DNA from: an uncultured bacterium | Lineage (GTDB): Bacteria > Verrucomicrobiota > Verrucomicrobiia > Limisphaerales > UBA8199 | NCBI GenBank assembly: GCA_963749495.1 | Contig: CAVVMW010000001.1 | Coordinates: 416,001 to 480,000 of the forward strand | Reading direction: 5' to 3' | Length of the DNA: 64,000 nt | Shown: piece by piece, positions 1 to 11,678 of the stretch | Layout of the letters: the number at the start of each line of letters is the position of its first letter | Position numbering within the stretch: position 1 is the stretch's first letter | Position numbers and translations under genes: made by a program | The notes under the pieces: generated by a model | The model's database searches: none | Seen by the model: only the letters and a program-made list of their open reading frames with translations | Told to the model about the DNA's origin: nothing

Positions 1-2
1 CG

Positions 3-1283
<1,281 letters not shown>

Positions 1284-1369
1284 ACCAAAGGCACGCATCT
1301 GACTACCGCCACGCTCATCCCGGCCTGTTTGTGCCAGTTTCACCGGAAATCAGCCGATGATGCATAACC

Positions 1370-1615
1370 ATGAAACCAAATCTCGACAGAATTGACGACG
1401 CCGTGCTGGCCCTGCTGCACCTGACCAGCTTCACCGAAGGCAAGGGGGAACTCGCCTACACCCGCGCCTGGAAGGGCCACGATTGGGAAGCGCTCGATCG
1501 GCTCCATCAAAAGGGCCTTATCTCTGATCCCAAGAACAAGAACAAATCCGTCGTGCTGTCCAAAGAGGGCAGCCAAAAGGCCGAAGCGTTGTTCCAGCGG
1601 CTCTTTTGCGGCTAA
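1370..1615 (+). CDS. DUF6429-like small protein (81 aa)
   Basis: IDDAVLALLHL...RAWKGHDWEALDRLHQKGLISDPKNKNKSVVLSKEG matches my recollection of the DUF6429 pattern. Confidence 0.75.
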   Translation: MKPNLDRIDDAVLALLHLTSFTEGKGELAYTRAWKGHDWEALDRLHQKGLISDPKNKNKSVVLSKEGSQKAEALFQRLFCG

Positions 1616-1706
1616 CTTCAACAGCCTCGCAACGCGTTTCGCCCCAAACAATATGCCGCGGGCGCGGGACAAAATAGTAACCACTAGCGAGGCTGGGCCT
1701 CAGACC

Positions 1707-1756
1707 GTGGCTCGGGCATCCTGCCCAAGCCCTCACGGGCAGGATGCCCGTGCCAC
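1707..1756. repeat. REP-like palindrome
   Basis: GTGGCTCGGGCATCCTGCCC...GGGCAGGATGCCCGTGCCAC, 20-bp arms with 1 mismatch. Confidence 0.75.
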
Positions 1757-1812
1757 AAACTTGACCGGTCTGCATCACATTTTGAAATTCAAGGACTCTA
1801 GACCTGTTCCTC

Positions 1813-1983
1813 TCCGCGTATTCCGCGTATTCCGCGGTTCATTCTTCTTCGGAGCCTTGCCAGCCTCGCCGGCCATGAAAACCAATCTCATTTACCATCC
1901 AAATCGAGCGCATCGTGGCGGAGCGGGGGCGATACGGCTATGGCGACTGAGGGGGACCGCGGAATACGCGGAATACGCGGAAG
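1813..1983. repeat. Inverted pair of 9-nt tandem repeats
   Basis: (TCCGCGTAT)n at about 1813-1838 and its complement (CGCGGAATA)n at about 1957-1983. Confidence 0.8.
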
Positions 1984-2212
1984 ACAAAGCCGCCCAGCGA
2001 ACCCGGGTGGGGATTGGCCGGCATTGCGCCGGCCCCGTTTCCTTGCGGTTGCATCCGCCTGGATACAATCATGGAAGGGAACAAACAACGCCTGCCTTGG
2101 TCTCTTCAACGGAGGTTACTTTTTTGTCTCGCGCCCAGATGCCGCTTGAGCCTTTTGACCTGTTGATCTTCAAAGAGACGGTGGCATCAAAGCTGCTTTG
2201 CTAACAATCGCT

Positions 2213-4457
2213 ATGGAAAACGATCCGTCTCCGCCCAACGCGCCCACTGCGACGCGCGAAGCGTCCGCCGCTGAGAGCGAAAACCACAATTTGCTCGCGG
2301 AATCTCCACCGTCGGTTGCCGAAGGGCCGGAGAGCCGGCTTGTGGCGGGCTCAGGGGATGCTCCGTCAACGGGCGGCCAGGCATTCCTGGCCGATCGCCG
2401 AAAGCCGGCTGCAAGCCGGGCGCTCCAGCGATCGAGAAGCGCCTGCCACTGAGGCTGGGACAGCCCCCGAGACAGCGCACCCGGTTTTCCAGCGGGCGCT
2501 CGAAATCTTGCGCCGGGAAATGCCTCCCCCGGGCCAGGTCCAAAAGCCAACGTCCGAAGTCCAAAGTCCCGAATCGGCAATCCACGCGCCCCGGTCCGAA
2601 GGAGCCGCCACACTCCGGACTCCGCCCTCCGAGCTCCGCACTCAGATTATCCCCGCCCGGATGCTCAACGAGTTCGTCTATTGCCCGCGCCTGTTTTACT
2701 ACGAGTTTGTCGAGAGCGTCTTCGTGGAAAGCGCGGACACGTTGCGCGGCAAGGCGCTCCATCGCCGCGTGGATTGCGGCAAGGGCGATCTGCCGCCCGC
2801 AGCGGAGCAAGGGTCAGAGGCCAGAGTTCAGAAGGCGGAGAACGGCATCCCGCCGGGTGAGGCCCCCGCAACCCCCGGCCCTCAACCTGCAACAGGGGAA
2901 ATCATCCATTCTCGCTCCGTCCAGATGGGTTCAGACCGGCTGGGCGTGACGGCCAAGATGGATTTGGTCGAAGTGCGGGCGGGCACAGTGTCCGGCGAAC
3001 CGGGTGAGGCGGGCGGCTTGTTCTCCGCGCTGGAGGTCTGCCCGGTGGACTACAAGGCCGGCGCGCCGAAAGCTGGCGAGGATGGGAATGAACTTTGGGA
3101 CGCGGACCGGGTGCAGCTCGGCGTGCAGGCGCTCATCCTGCGAGACAACGGTTACACCTGCAACCAGGGCGTCATCTACTACCGCGAAACCAAGCAGCGG
3201 GTGCAGTTGCCCATCACGCCGGAATTGGCGTCTTGGGTCGAGGAACGCATCGGCGCAGCGCGGCAGGTGGCCACAGCCGCCATTCCCGCGCCGCTCGTCG
3301 CGTCGCCCAAGTGTCCGCGCTGCTCGCTGGTCAGCGTCTGCCTGCCGGACGAAACGCGTTTGCTGACGGCCCCCCAACCTCCACCCGTCCGCCGTCTCAT
3401 CGCGGCGCGCGACGATTCGCGGGCGCTCTACCTCAGCACCCAGGGCCTCCGCGTGGGCCGGAAGGACGAAGTCCTGCAAATCAAGCAGGAGAAGTCGGTG
3501 CTGGACGAGGTGCGCATCAACGACATCTCGCACGTTGCGCTATTTGGCAACATCCAGATCACCACCCAAGCCGTGCAGACGCTCTGCGAATTGGAAGTGC
3601 CGATAACCTATTTCTCGATGGGCGGCTGGTTCTACGGGCTGACACGCGGCCACGAGCTGAAGAACGTCTTTCTGCGCATTGAGCAATTCCGCTTGGCCCG
3701 CGACCCCGACACCGCCCTGCGGCTGGCGCGCCAATTCGTGCAGGGCAAAATCCGCAATCACCGGACCCTGCTGATGCGGAATCATGTCTCAGCGCCCCCC
3801 GCTACGCTCCTCAAGCTCAAGCAGTGTGCCGAAGCCGCCTCCCGTGCGGAGTCCATCGAATCCCTCCTGGGCGTGGAAGGTGGCGCGGCGGCGGCCTATT
3901 TCGAGCAGTTCGGCGGGATGATCAAGCCGGCGGACGAATTGGATGACCAACTGCCCGGCCTTGAAGTCCCGAGCCGGCACGTCTTCAACTTCAATTTCCA
4001 CGGCCGCAACCGCCGTCCGCCCACCGACCCGGTGAACGCGTTGCTTTCCCTCGCCTACAGCCTGCTGGCCAAGGACTGCCTGCTCGCCGCCCTCGCCGTC
4101 GGCTTCGATCCCTATGTGGGCTTCTACCATCAACCGCGCTTTGGCCGCCCCGCCCTCGCGCTGGACCTGATGGAGGAGTTCCGGCCGCTCGTGGCCGAGT
4201 CCGCCGTGCTGACGTGCATCAACAACCGCGTGGTGAGCGAAAGCGATTTCGTCCAGGCCGGCCAGGCCGTCAACCTGACCGCGGCCGGGCGCAAGCGGTT
4301 CTTTCAAACCTATGAGCAGCGCATAAGCGCCTTGCTCACGCACCCGCTCTTCGACTACAAAGTCGGCTACCGCCGCGCGCTGGAACTCCAGGCCCGCCTT
4401 CTGGCCAAAGTGCTCACGGGGGAAATCCCCGAATACGTTCCCCTCACCACTCGCTGA
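2213..4457 (+). CDS. cas1: Cas4-Cas1 fusion endonuclease (type I-G); start uncertain (ATG 2213 with a probable +1 error near 2390-2420, or ATG 2520)
   Basis: Cas4 motifs LNEFVYCPRLFY, PVDYK, QLGVQ and C-PR-CSLVSVC. Cas1 motifs LGVEG, RNRRPPTDPVNALLSLAY, GFDPYVGFYH and ALDLMEEFRP. Confidence 0.95.
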
Positions 4458-4487
4458 TTCTTCTCCCCCCCAACCCTCAACCCACCT

Positions 4488-4778
4488 GTGCGCACCACCT
4501 ACCTGGTTTGCTACGACATCACCGACGCCAAACGCCTTCGCCGGGTGTTCAAAGTCTGCAAGAACTATGGCGACCACCTTCAATTCTCCGTCTTCGAGTG
4601 CGACTTGAATCCGTCGGAGAAGGCCATGCTCGTGTCCGAACTGTCTGAAGTCATCAACCACACCGAAGACCAGGTGATCTTCGTGGTGCTTGGCCCCGCG
4701 GAGGGCCGCGGCGACCGCGTCATCACGGCGCTGGGCGTGCCTTACCTCAAGATGGAGTCGCCGTGCTATGCTTTCTGA
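4488..4778 (+). CDS. cas2: CRISPR-associated endonuclease Cas2
   Basis: YLVCYDI...RLRRVFKVCKNYGDHLQFSVFECDL; directly after cas1. Confidence 0.97.
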   Translation: MRTTYLVCYDITDAKRLRRVFKVCKNYGDHLQFSVFECDLNPSEKAMLVSELSEVINHTEDQVIFVVLGPAEGRGDRVITALGVPYLKMESPCYAF

Positions 4779-4980
4779 ACGGTTCTTTGACATATTAGCT
4801 CACGCGAGCGGCTTGGTGGCGGGGAAAAACCGCCGGGCGCTCGCGAAGTGCAACTCTGTATCTGGCAAGGGCTTGCCGACAACACTTCCCCGCAGCACTT
4901 GCCTGAGACGGAAGCTGAGGCCGGGGTGCTCGCATCTCGCTCTTGCGAAGCCCGTCCTTTGCGGACAGGATGAGGCCGCT
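4779..4980 (+). promoter_or_regulatory. CRISPR leader
   Basis: About 200 bp of non-coding DNA between cas2 and the first repeat, with a CGCGAGCG...CGCTCGCG inverted motif. Confidence 0.75.
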
Positions 4981-7900
4981 CATTCCGCGCTCAAGTGAGC
5001 GCGGCCCCGTTGAAGCCTCCGAGGCCGGCACACTGCCGCGTCTCGAAGAGGACATTCCGCGCTCAAGTGAGCGCGGCCCCGTTGAAGCACCAAAGATTTG
5101 TTCGATGCGTACGCGCCAAGGGCGCATTCCGCGCTCAAGTGAGCGCGGCCCCGTTGAAGCCCCTGGGAGGGCGCGAGCGACGCGCGGGTCAACCTGCATT
5201 CCGCGCTCAAGTGAGCGCGGCCCCGTTGAAGCGGTAATCGTGGCCGCCGCGTTGACGGCAGTTCGGTCATTCCGCGCTCAAGTGAGCGCGGCCCCGTTGA
5301 AGCCCGCCGGTCCAACCCGTAACCGAATCGCCGGCATGATCATTCCGCGCTCAAGTGAGCGCGGCCCCGTTGAAGCGCGTTGCATGGGGGGTCTGTCGTG
5401 TTGCGTGGTAGTGCATTCCGCGCTCAAGTGAGCGCGGCCCCGTTGAAGCACGGCGGGGCAGGACCTGGTTTTGCCTTATGAAACTACATTCCGCGCTCAA
5501 GTGAGCGCGGCCCCGTTGAAGCCCGCCAAGTGAAGGACCAGAAATAAATCGGCTCACCCATTCCGCGCTCAAGTGAGCGCGGCCCCGTTGAAGCGATGCT
5601 CTCATCGCGGGGATTTTAAACTAAGTTTAACATTCCGCGCTCAAGTGAGCGCGGCCCCGTTGAAGCTTCACCACGCCGGGGATTGGGGCGATATGATTTA
5701 CCATTCCGCGCTCAAGTGAGCGCGGCCCCGTTGAAGCCTGGTCGAGCGCCTGGGCCGCGTGCGGCGTGACGAGCCATTCCGCGCTCAAGTGAGCGCGGCC
5801 CCGTTGAAGCGACTCGGGCACATTCACCTTCGCCAGCGCCACGCTCCATTCCGCGCTCAAGTGAGCGCGGCCCCGTTGAAGCTAGATGTCAGCCTCGATC
5901 TCCGTGACTTGCGCGGCCACATTCCGCGCTCAAGTGAGCGCGGCCCCGTTGAAGCGAGGCGTACAGGTTGTTGTTGGTGACGATGAAGCCGCATTCCGCG
6001 CTCAAGTGAGCGCGGCCCCGTTGAAGCCGTCGTATTTGGCCTGCAATTGGGCCAGCGTTTCTTGCCATTCCGCGCTCAAGTGAGCGCGGCCCCGTTGAAG
6101 CCTGGCCAGCGACATGCTCAACCTGCGCAACGCCATGCATTCCGCGCTCAAGTGAGCGCGGCCCCGTTGAAGCGACTCGGGCACATTCACCTTCGCCAGC
6201 GCCACGCTCCATTCCGCGCTCAAGTGAGCGCGGCCCCGTTGAAGCGCGGCGGGCGCAACGGGCGCAACCGAAGTGGCGCCTGCATTCCGCGCTCAAGTGA
6301 GCGCGGCCCCGTTGAAGCCGGTCAATTGTGCCGTCACAGAGGATGACGTAGAGCATTCCGCGCTCAAGTGAGCGCGGCCCCGTTGAAGCTCATCTTTGCC
6401 AACCCGTGGGCCTCGGGCCTGCCAACATTCCGCGCTCAAGTGAGCGCGGCCCCGTTGAAGCAAACGCTACATGCACCTGCCGGACGAGGTTGTGAACATT
6501 CCGCGCTCAAGTGAGCGCGGCCCCGTTGAAGCCCGGGAGCGGCGATGGCCTCGACCGAGGGCATCGGGCATTCCGCGCTCAAGTGAGCGCGGCCCCGTTG
6601 AAGCAAGCCCTCGGTCACGGCCTGGCCGCCTTCCTCCCGCATTCCGCGCTCAAGTGAGCGCGGCCCCGTTGAAGCGTCAGCCGCGGCGTCCCCGAAAACG
6701 ACAAGATCCAGTCATTCCGCGCTCAAGTGAGCGCGGCCCCGTTGAAGCGCGAAGGCCATGTACCGCCCGATTGAACCCCGGCCCACATTCCGCGCTCAAG
6801 TGAGCGCGGCCCCGTTGAAGCCAGGGGGCAGGTATTTTGGCTGCGCACCCTCGCGTACATTCCGCGCTCAAGTGAGCGCGGCCCCGTTGAAGCCAGCAGT
6901 TGCCGGGCCTGCTGATAGAATTGCATGGCGCATTCCGCGCTCAAGTGAGCGCGGCCCCGTTGAAGCTCAGCACGTCGGCCTCAAGCGCCGCGCCGGTGAG
7001 GACATTCCGCGCTCAAGTGAGCGCGGCCCCGTTGAAGCTATGCCAACCGCAAGGTTCAGGGGCACTTTCCGGCGTCATTCCGCGCTCAAGTGAGCGCGGC
7101 CCCGTTGAAGCCCCACTCCATATATTGGACGTTGGTGAGGTTCAAGTCCATTCCGCGCTCAAGTGAGCGCGGCCCCGTTGAAGCCGCGTGATGCCCGCGC
7201 TGTGCAAGGAGGTCCTCGAGCGATTCCGCGCTCGAGTCGAGCGCGGCCCCGTTGAAGCGAGACCGAGGGAACGCAGCCGACAATGCCAGAAAGCCCATTC
7301 CGCGCTCAAGTGAGCGCGGCCCCGTTGAAGCCAGGCTCGCCTCCAGCGCGCTTCGGAGATCCTCGTAGAGCATTCCGCGCTCAAGTGAGCGCGGCCCCGT
7401 TGAAGCCAGCCCAGGCCGCTCGGTGCTCATCGCACCTGCGCGCATTCCGCGCTCAAGTGAGCGCGGCCCCGTTGAAGCGTCAATGCTGATTACTCCCGGT
7501 TGATTGACATGCGGCATTCCGCGCTCAAGTGAGCGCGGCCCCGTTGAAGCACGGCTACTGGCGCACCATGGCGACGCCGGAGATGGACATTCCGCGCTCA
7601 AGTGAGCGCGGCCCCGTTGAAGCTCGGCTTCCGCTTCCAGCGCAGCAGCCGCCGCCATCATTCCGCGCTCAAGTGAGCGCGGCCCCGTTGAAGCGAGGTA
7701 GAAGACGCCAACGCTGCTGCCGCTGCCGGTCATTCCGCGCTCAAGTGAGCGCGGTCCCGTTGAAGCCATCTGCGCTTTCACGGGCACGCTCACTCTTGAG
7801 TGCATTCCGCGCTCAAGTGAGCGCGGCCCCGTTGAAGCCACCAGGCGGCGGCGGCCCTGTTCCACTTCTCGTTCATTCCGCGCTCAAGTGAGCGCGGCCC

Positions 7901-8414
7901 CGTTGAAGCAGCGAGTGCAAGAGCCAGGAGGTGCCGGCCGCGGACATTCCGCGCTCAAGTGAGCGCGGCCCCGTTGAAGCTCGCTGAGTCCGACTGCTGG
8001 GATCAGAATGTTGAGCATTCCGCGCTCAAGTGAGCGCGGCCCCGTTGAAGCTGTTGCTGCTCGCGGAGAAGAGTCCCAGAGTCGTCACCATTCCGCGCTC
8101 AAGTGAGCGCGGCCCCGTTGAAGCCGGGTCGAGGTCCTGGACATTGAATCCGAGTTGCAACATTCCGCGCTCAAGTGAGCGCGGCCCCGTTGAAGCTCTC
8201 GTACCAAGTATTCGTGGAACTGAGAGGATTGGCATTCCGCGCTCAAGTGAGCGCGGCCCCGTTGAAGCCAGGCAACTCGTGGCTCATTTGGCGGCTGTGA
8301 TCTTCATTCCGCGCTCAAGTGAGCGCGGCCCCGTTGAAGCTCCTCCTCCTGAGATTTCTTCCAGGCAAGAATACATTGCATTCCGCGCTCAAGTGAGCGC
8401 GGCCCCGTTGAAGC
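4981..8414 (+). CRISPR. Type I-G CRISPR array: 48 repeats and 47 spacers of about 35-39 nt (manual count)
   Basis: 36-nt repeat CATTCCGCGCTCAAGTGAGCGCGGCCCCGTTGAAGC with hairpin CCGCGCTC-AAGT-GAGCGCGG and 3' TTGAAGC. Variant repeats near 7221 and 7731. Confidence 0.99.
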
Positions 8415-8534
8415 AGCGCATTTATTCGGAGCTGCGGTTGAGGGCGACTATCGGGGTCGCCCCCAAGCAAGTTGCCGGCCAAGATCGCCAGCGACCGTCA
8501 TCATGGGGGCGGTGGCCGGAGGGTCGCGGGCTTC

Positions 8535-9458
8535 TCATTTCAACGCAGCGCGGAGGGTCTCGATGTTTTGCTGCATGGCTTGGAGATAGTCGACGAGGGG
8601 GGACCGGTTGCCGCAGGTCCGGAACACGACGGGGCGGACGGCGCGTTTTTGCAGTTCGGCGCGGACCTCGGGCAAGGGCTCGTCTTCCCACAACATGAGA
8701 TTGGCCGGGTGCTGGGCGCGCAGGGTGTCGAAGGCCGTCCACTGGGCGGCAGGGACCGGTTCGTCGGGTTCCCAGTGGACACTGTGCAGGTCCCAGTGGT
8801 ACTCGCGCGCCAGGTATCCATAGACCGGGTGGGAGGCCAGGAGCGGTCGCCGGGCAAGGGTCTGGGAGAGCTCCCGGAGTTGGCGGTCGAGCGCCTCGAA
8901 ATCACGGCGCAGTTGCTGGCCGCGCCGGCGGAGTTCCGCCTCCGGCACCGCGGACAACTGCCGCAGCGCCGCTTCGACCGCCTCGGCCTGGCGGATGGCC
9001 AGCAACGGGTCCAGCCAGGTGTTGAAATCAATGTTTCCATGGCTGTGGGCGCCGTGCGGGCCGTGGCTGTGCGTGATCACCTCCGGGAACATGAGCCACT
9101 GGTCCTTGAATCCAGCCGCGGTGTCCACCAGCGCGTTCAGGGGCAGCGATGTCGTGTCCACCCACTTCTCGAAATCGGCGCCATTCAACAGGATCAGGTC
9201 CGCTCGCTGGTACTGGCGCACGACATGCTTCGAGGGCCGCCAGAATGCCGGGTCCTCGTTTGGCGGGGCGGGGAAAAGCACATCGACCCGGTCCTCGCCC
9301 AGGCGCTGAGCGATGTAGAATAACGGGTAGCTTGTTGCGTAGATCCGGCACCGGTGCGGCTTGGGAATGGATGCCTGGTTGGCCCCGGGCCGGCAACCCG
9401 GCACGGCAAGCAGCAACGCGCAGAGCAGGCCAAGGCTCCGAAGCAGCCCGACACCCAT
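8535..9458 (-). CDS. Metal ABC transporter substrate-binding lipoprotein (ZnuA/TroA-like)
   Basis: Lipoprotein-like signal (LLLAVPGC); DPAFWRP, ADLILLNGA, His-rich THSHGPHGAHSH, TWLDP, ASHPVYGYLAREY. Confidence 0.85.
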   Translation of the reverse strand: MGVGLLRSLGLLCALLLAVPGCRPGANQASIPKPHRCRIYATSYPLFYIAQRLGEDRVDVLFPAPPNEDPAFWRPSKHVVRQYQRADLILLNGADFEKWVDTTSLPLNALVDTAAGFKDQWLMFPEVITHSHGPHGAHSHGNIDFNTWLDPLLAIRQAEAVEAALRQLSAVPEAELRRRGQQLRRDFEALDRQLRELSQTLARRPLLASHPVYGYLAREYHWDLHSVHWEPDEPVPAAQWTAFDTLRAQHPANLMLWEDEPLPEVRAELQKRAVRPVVFRTCGNRSPLVDYLQAMQQNIETLRAALK

Positions 9459-9548
9459 CGGGCGAGTATCGAGTGGAGAGTGTCGAGTCAGCGCACAATG
9501 GGAGCCCCGGGTGCGATCAAAAGCGTCGGGACTGTGTCCCGGGAGTTT

Positions 9549-9734
9549 TGTCCCGGAGGGACATTTGAGAATAGCCCAACGTTTCAACGTTGGGATCCGG
9601 GCGAAGATGGGCAAAGTCCCGAAGGGACGGCTGAAATCCTCCGGCGTTTCAGCCGTCCCTTCGGGACTGGGGGTGCCGGCGCACCCAACCCAACGTTGAA
9701 ACGTTGGGCTATTGTCGGAAGCCCCTTCGGGGCA
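9549..9734. repeat. Long nested palindromic element (REPIN-like)
   Basis: Arms ATAGCCCAACGTTTCAACGTTGGG/CCCAACGTTGAAACGTTGGGCTAT and GTCCCGAAGGGACGGCTGAAA/TTTCAGCCGTCCCTTCGGGAC. Confidence 0.85.
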
Positions 9735-9859
9735 AAAAGGCGCCGTGGGATGACCGACAGTTTTAATCGCGCGACGGCCGCCCCTCGACACTCGCCCCTC
9801 GACACTCGCCCCTCGGCACTCGTGTCCGGCCGCTTTTGAACCGAGGTTTATCTCCCGTT

Positions 9860-11023
9860 TCACCATAATGACACCATGGCTATGGTGGCGGCCGCGCCCG
9901 CCAGCGCCAGCGCGAGGCTCACCGCGCCAATCGCGGCGAGTTCCGCCGCCACCCGTTTTGCCATCAGGCCGCGGGCGCAGCCCAATCGAAACAGGGTCTC
10001 CATTTCCGGCTGGCGCAGGCGCAACGACAGGAGCACCACCAAAAGCAGGAACAGCGCCGTCAATGCGCCCACCAGGGCGGCGTTGGCATCGAAGAACCGC
10101 TTGATGCGAAACACCAGGCCCAGCAATTCCTCGACCACCCCGGGCGCCGCCAGGATTTGCACGGTTGCCTCCGGCCCCTGATAGCGGCCGCGGAGCAATG
10201 TGGCCGACTTTTCGTCTTTGGGCACCGGGACGACGGCCGAGAGGGGGAAGTCGGCGGGATCGCCATGGAAATGAAAGCTCGAGATGCTCTGGGGCGTCAC
10301 CTCCGTGAACTCGACGAGCGCCGCGTTGGCGGCGACGTTCGTGGCGGCGCGCTCGAGCACCACCGAGGAGTCCGTGTTCGTGCCGGTGACGTCCGCATGG
10401 CCGTGAGCCAGGCCGCCAATCAGCCAGGTGGTCTTCAAATCCACGAAGACAGCGCGGTCGTCGGGTGTGCCGCCGGCTTCGAGCACACCCATCACGCGCA
10501 GCTTGACGGGGTAGGAGCCGGCGATGTCAAAGACGTTCTCAGGGTCGGTCATGAGCCGGTCCCCGGGCTCGAGCTTCAGGGAGGCCGCCACCTCGGCGCC
10601 AAGCACGCAGTCGCCCAATTCGAGCAGTTGCTCGCCGCGGGCCAACCGGAGCCCGCGGAAGGTGAAATAATCCAGCGTGGTGCCCACAATCGGCGCGTGA
10701 CGGGCGGTGTAGCGCACATACAACGGGATGGGCGCCGCGTAGCCCGTTGCCCGCATGGCCTCGACGTCCCCCATGCGCAGCAGGCGCGGGACACCCCCGC
10801 GGAAGTAGAGCGCGTGCAGGACCAGATCGAAGCGGCTGCCCAGACCGCCGGCGACCAGCGGCGTGCTCGAGGCGCGCGCGAGCAAACCCGTCTGGTAGCG
10901 GGCCACCAGGCCGTTGACCGTCAGCGGCAGGTACAAGGGGACCGCGAGGCCGACGATGAGAATGGCCGACTGGAGGCGGTTGAAGCGCAACGATTGCCAG
11001 GCGAGAAACCAGACGTGCTTCAT
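9860..11023 (-). CDS. ABC transporter permease, FtsX/MacB-like
   Basis: N-terminal LAWQSLRF plus TM helix, large periplasmic domain (PIVGTTLDYF, DDRAVFVDL, HGH, FHFHGD), C-terminal TMs. Confidence 0.85.
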   Translation of the reverse strand: MKHVWFLAWQSLRFNRLQSAILIVGLAVPLYLPLTVNGLVARYQTGLLARASSTPLVAGGLGSRFDLVLHALYFRGGVPRLLRMGDVEAMRATGYAAPIPLYVRYTARHAPIVGTTLDYFTFRGLRLARGEQLLELGDCVLGAEVAASLKLEPGDRLMTDPENVFDIAGSYPVKLRVMGVLEAGGTPDDRAVFVDLKTTWLIGGLAHGHADVTGTNTDSSVVLERAATNVAANAALVEFTEVTPQSISSFHFHGDPADFPLSAVVPVPKDEKSATLLRGRYQGPEATVQILAAPGVVEELLGLVFRIKRFFDANAALVGALTALFLLLVVLLSLRLRQPEMETLFRLGCARGLMAKRVAAELAAIGAVSLALALAGAAATIAMVSLW

Positions 11024-11676
11024 CGCGACACCTCCGCAAGGTCAAAGGAATGGTCAAATCGGCCGAGGAGGCTGAGGTCGTGGGTGACCATCAGGAGGCT
11101 GGCCTGGGCGCGCGCGCATTGCTCGAACAAGACGTTGAGCACGCGCCTCTTGGCTGCCGGATCGAGGTTGCCGGTCGGTTCGTCGGCCAACAGGCAGCGC
11201 GGCTGCGTGATGAGCGCGCGGCAAAGGGCGGTGCGCTGCTTCTCGCCTTGGGACAGGCGTCCCGGGCGGTGGCGCAGCCGGGGTTCGAGGCCGGTCTCGC
11301 GCGCCAACTGCACGGCGCGCTCGCGGACGGCGCCGGTGAGGTTCAACGCCGGGTTGATCCGGAACGGGAGCAGGATGTTTTCGAGAACGTCGAGGAAGTC
11401 CAGCAGTTGGAAATCCTGGAAGACCAGCCCCAGGGTCGCGATGCGAAAGGCGCGCCGCCCCGCGTCGCTCAGCAGGGCCGGTTGGGTCTTGCCCACGGTG
11501 ATGGTTCCTGCATCCGGCAGGAGGATGCCGGCGACCAGGTGGAGCAGCGTCGTCTTGCCCGAACCGCTCGGGCCGACCAGGGCGACCTTCTGGCCGTCGG
11601 CCACGTCGAGCCGGGGCACCCGCAGCGTAAAGGTCGAGCGGCTGTAATGGAAGCTGAGTTGCTCGATGGCTATCAC
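11020..11676 (-). CDS. ABC transporter ATP-binding protein (LolD/MacB-like)
   Basis: Walker A GPSGSGKT, LSQGEKQR, LLADEPTGNLD, VTHD. GTG start at 11676. Confidence 0.92.
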   Translation of the reverse strand: MIAIEQLSFHYSRSTFTLRVPRLDVADGQKVALVGPSGSGKTTLLHLVAGILLPDAGTITVGKTQPALLSDAGRRAFRIATLGLVFQDFQLLDFLDVLENILLPFRINPALNLTGAVRERAVQLARETGLEPRLRHRPGRLSQGEKQRTALCRALITQPRCLLADEPTGNLDPAAKRRVLNVLFEQCARAQASLLMVTHDLSLLGRFDHSFDLAEVSR

Positions 11677-11678
11677 GT

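Noticed and set aside
7221..7258. Variant internal CRISPR repeat (CGATTCCGCGCTCGAGTCGAGCGCGG) as a functional variant
   Set aside because: The extra bases match the window-wide insertion-error pattern; unsupported without reads.
4981..8414. Self-targeting spacers within the window
   Set aside because: No full match found by eye (only a short GCTGCCGCTGCCG overlap near 12832); an exhaustive alignment was not possible.
4795..8698. Many ORFs with repeating IPRSSERGPVEA / FRAQVSAAPLK / LQRGRAHLSAE peptides
   Set aside because: These are translations of the CRISPR repeats.
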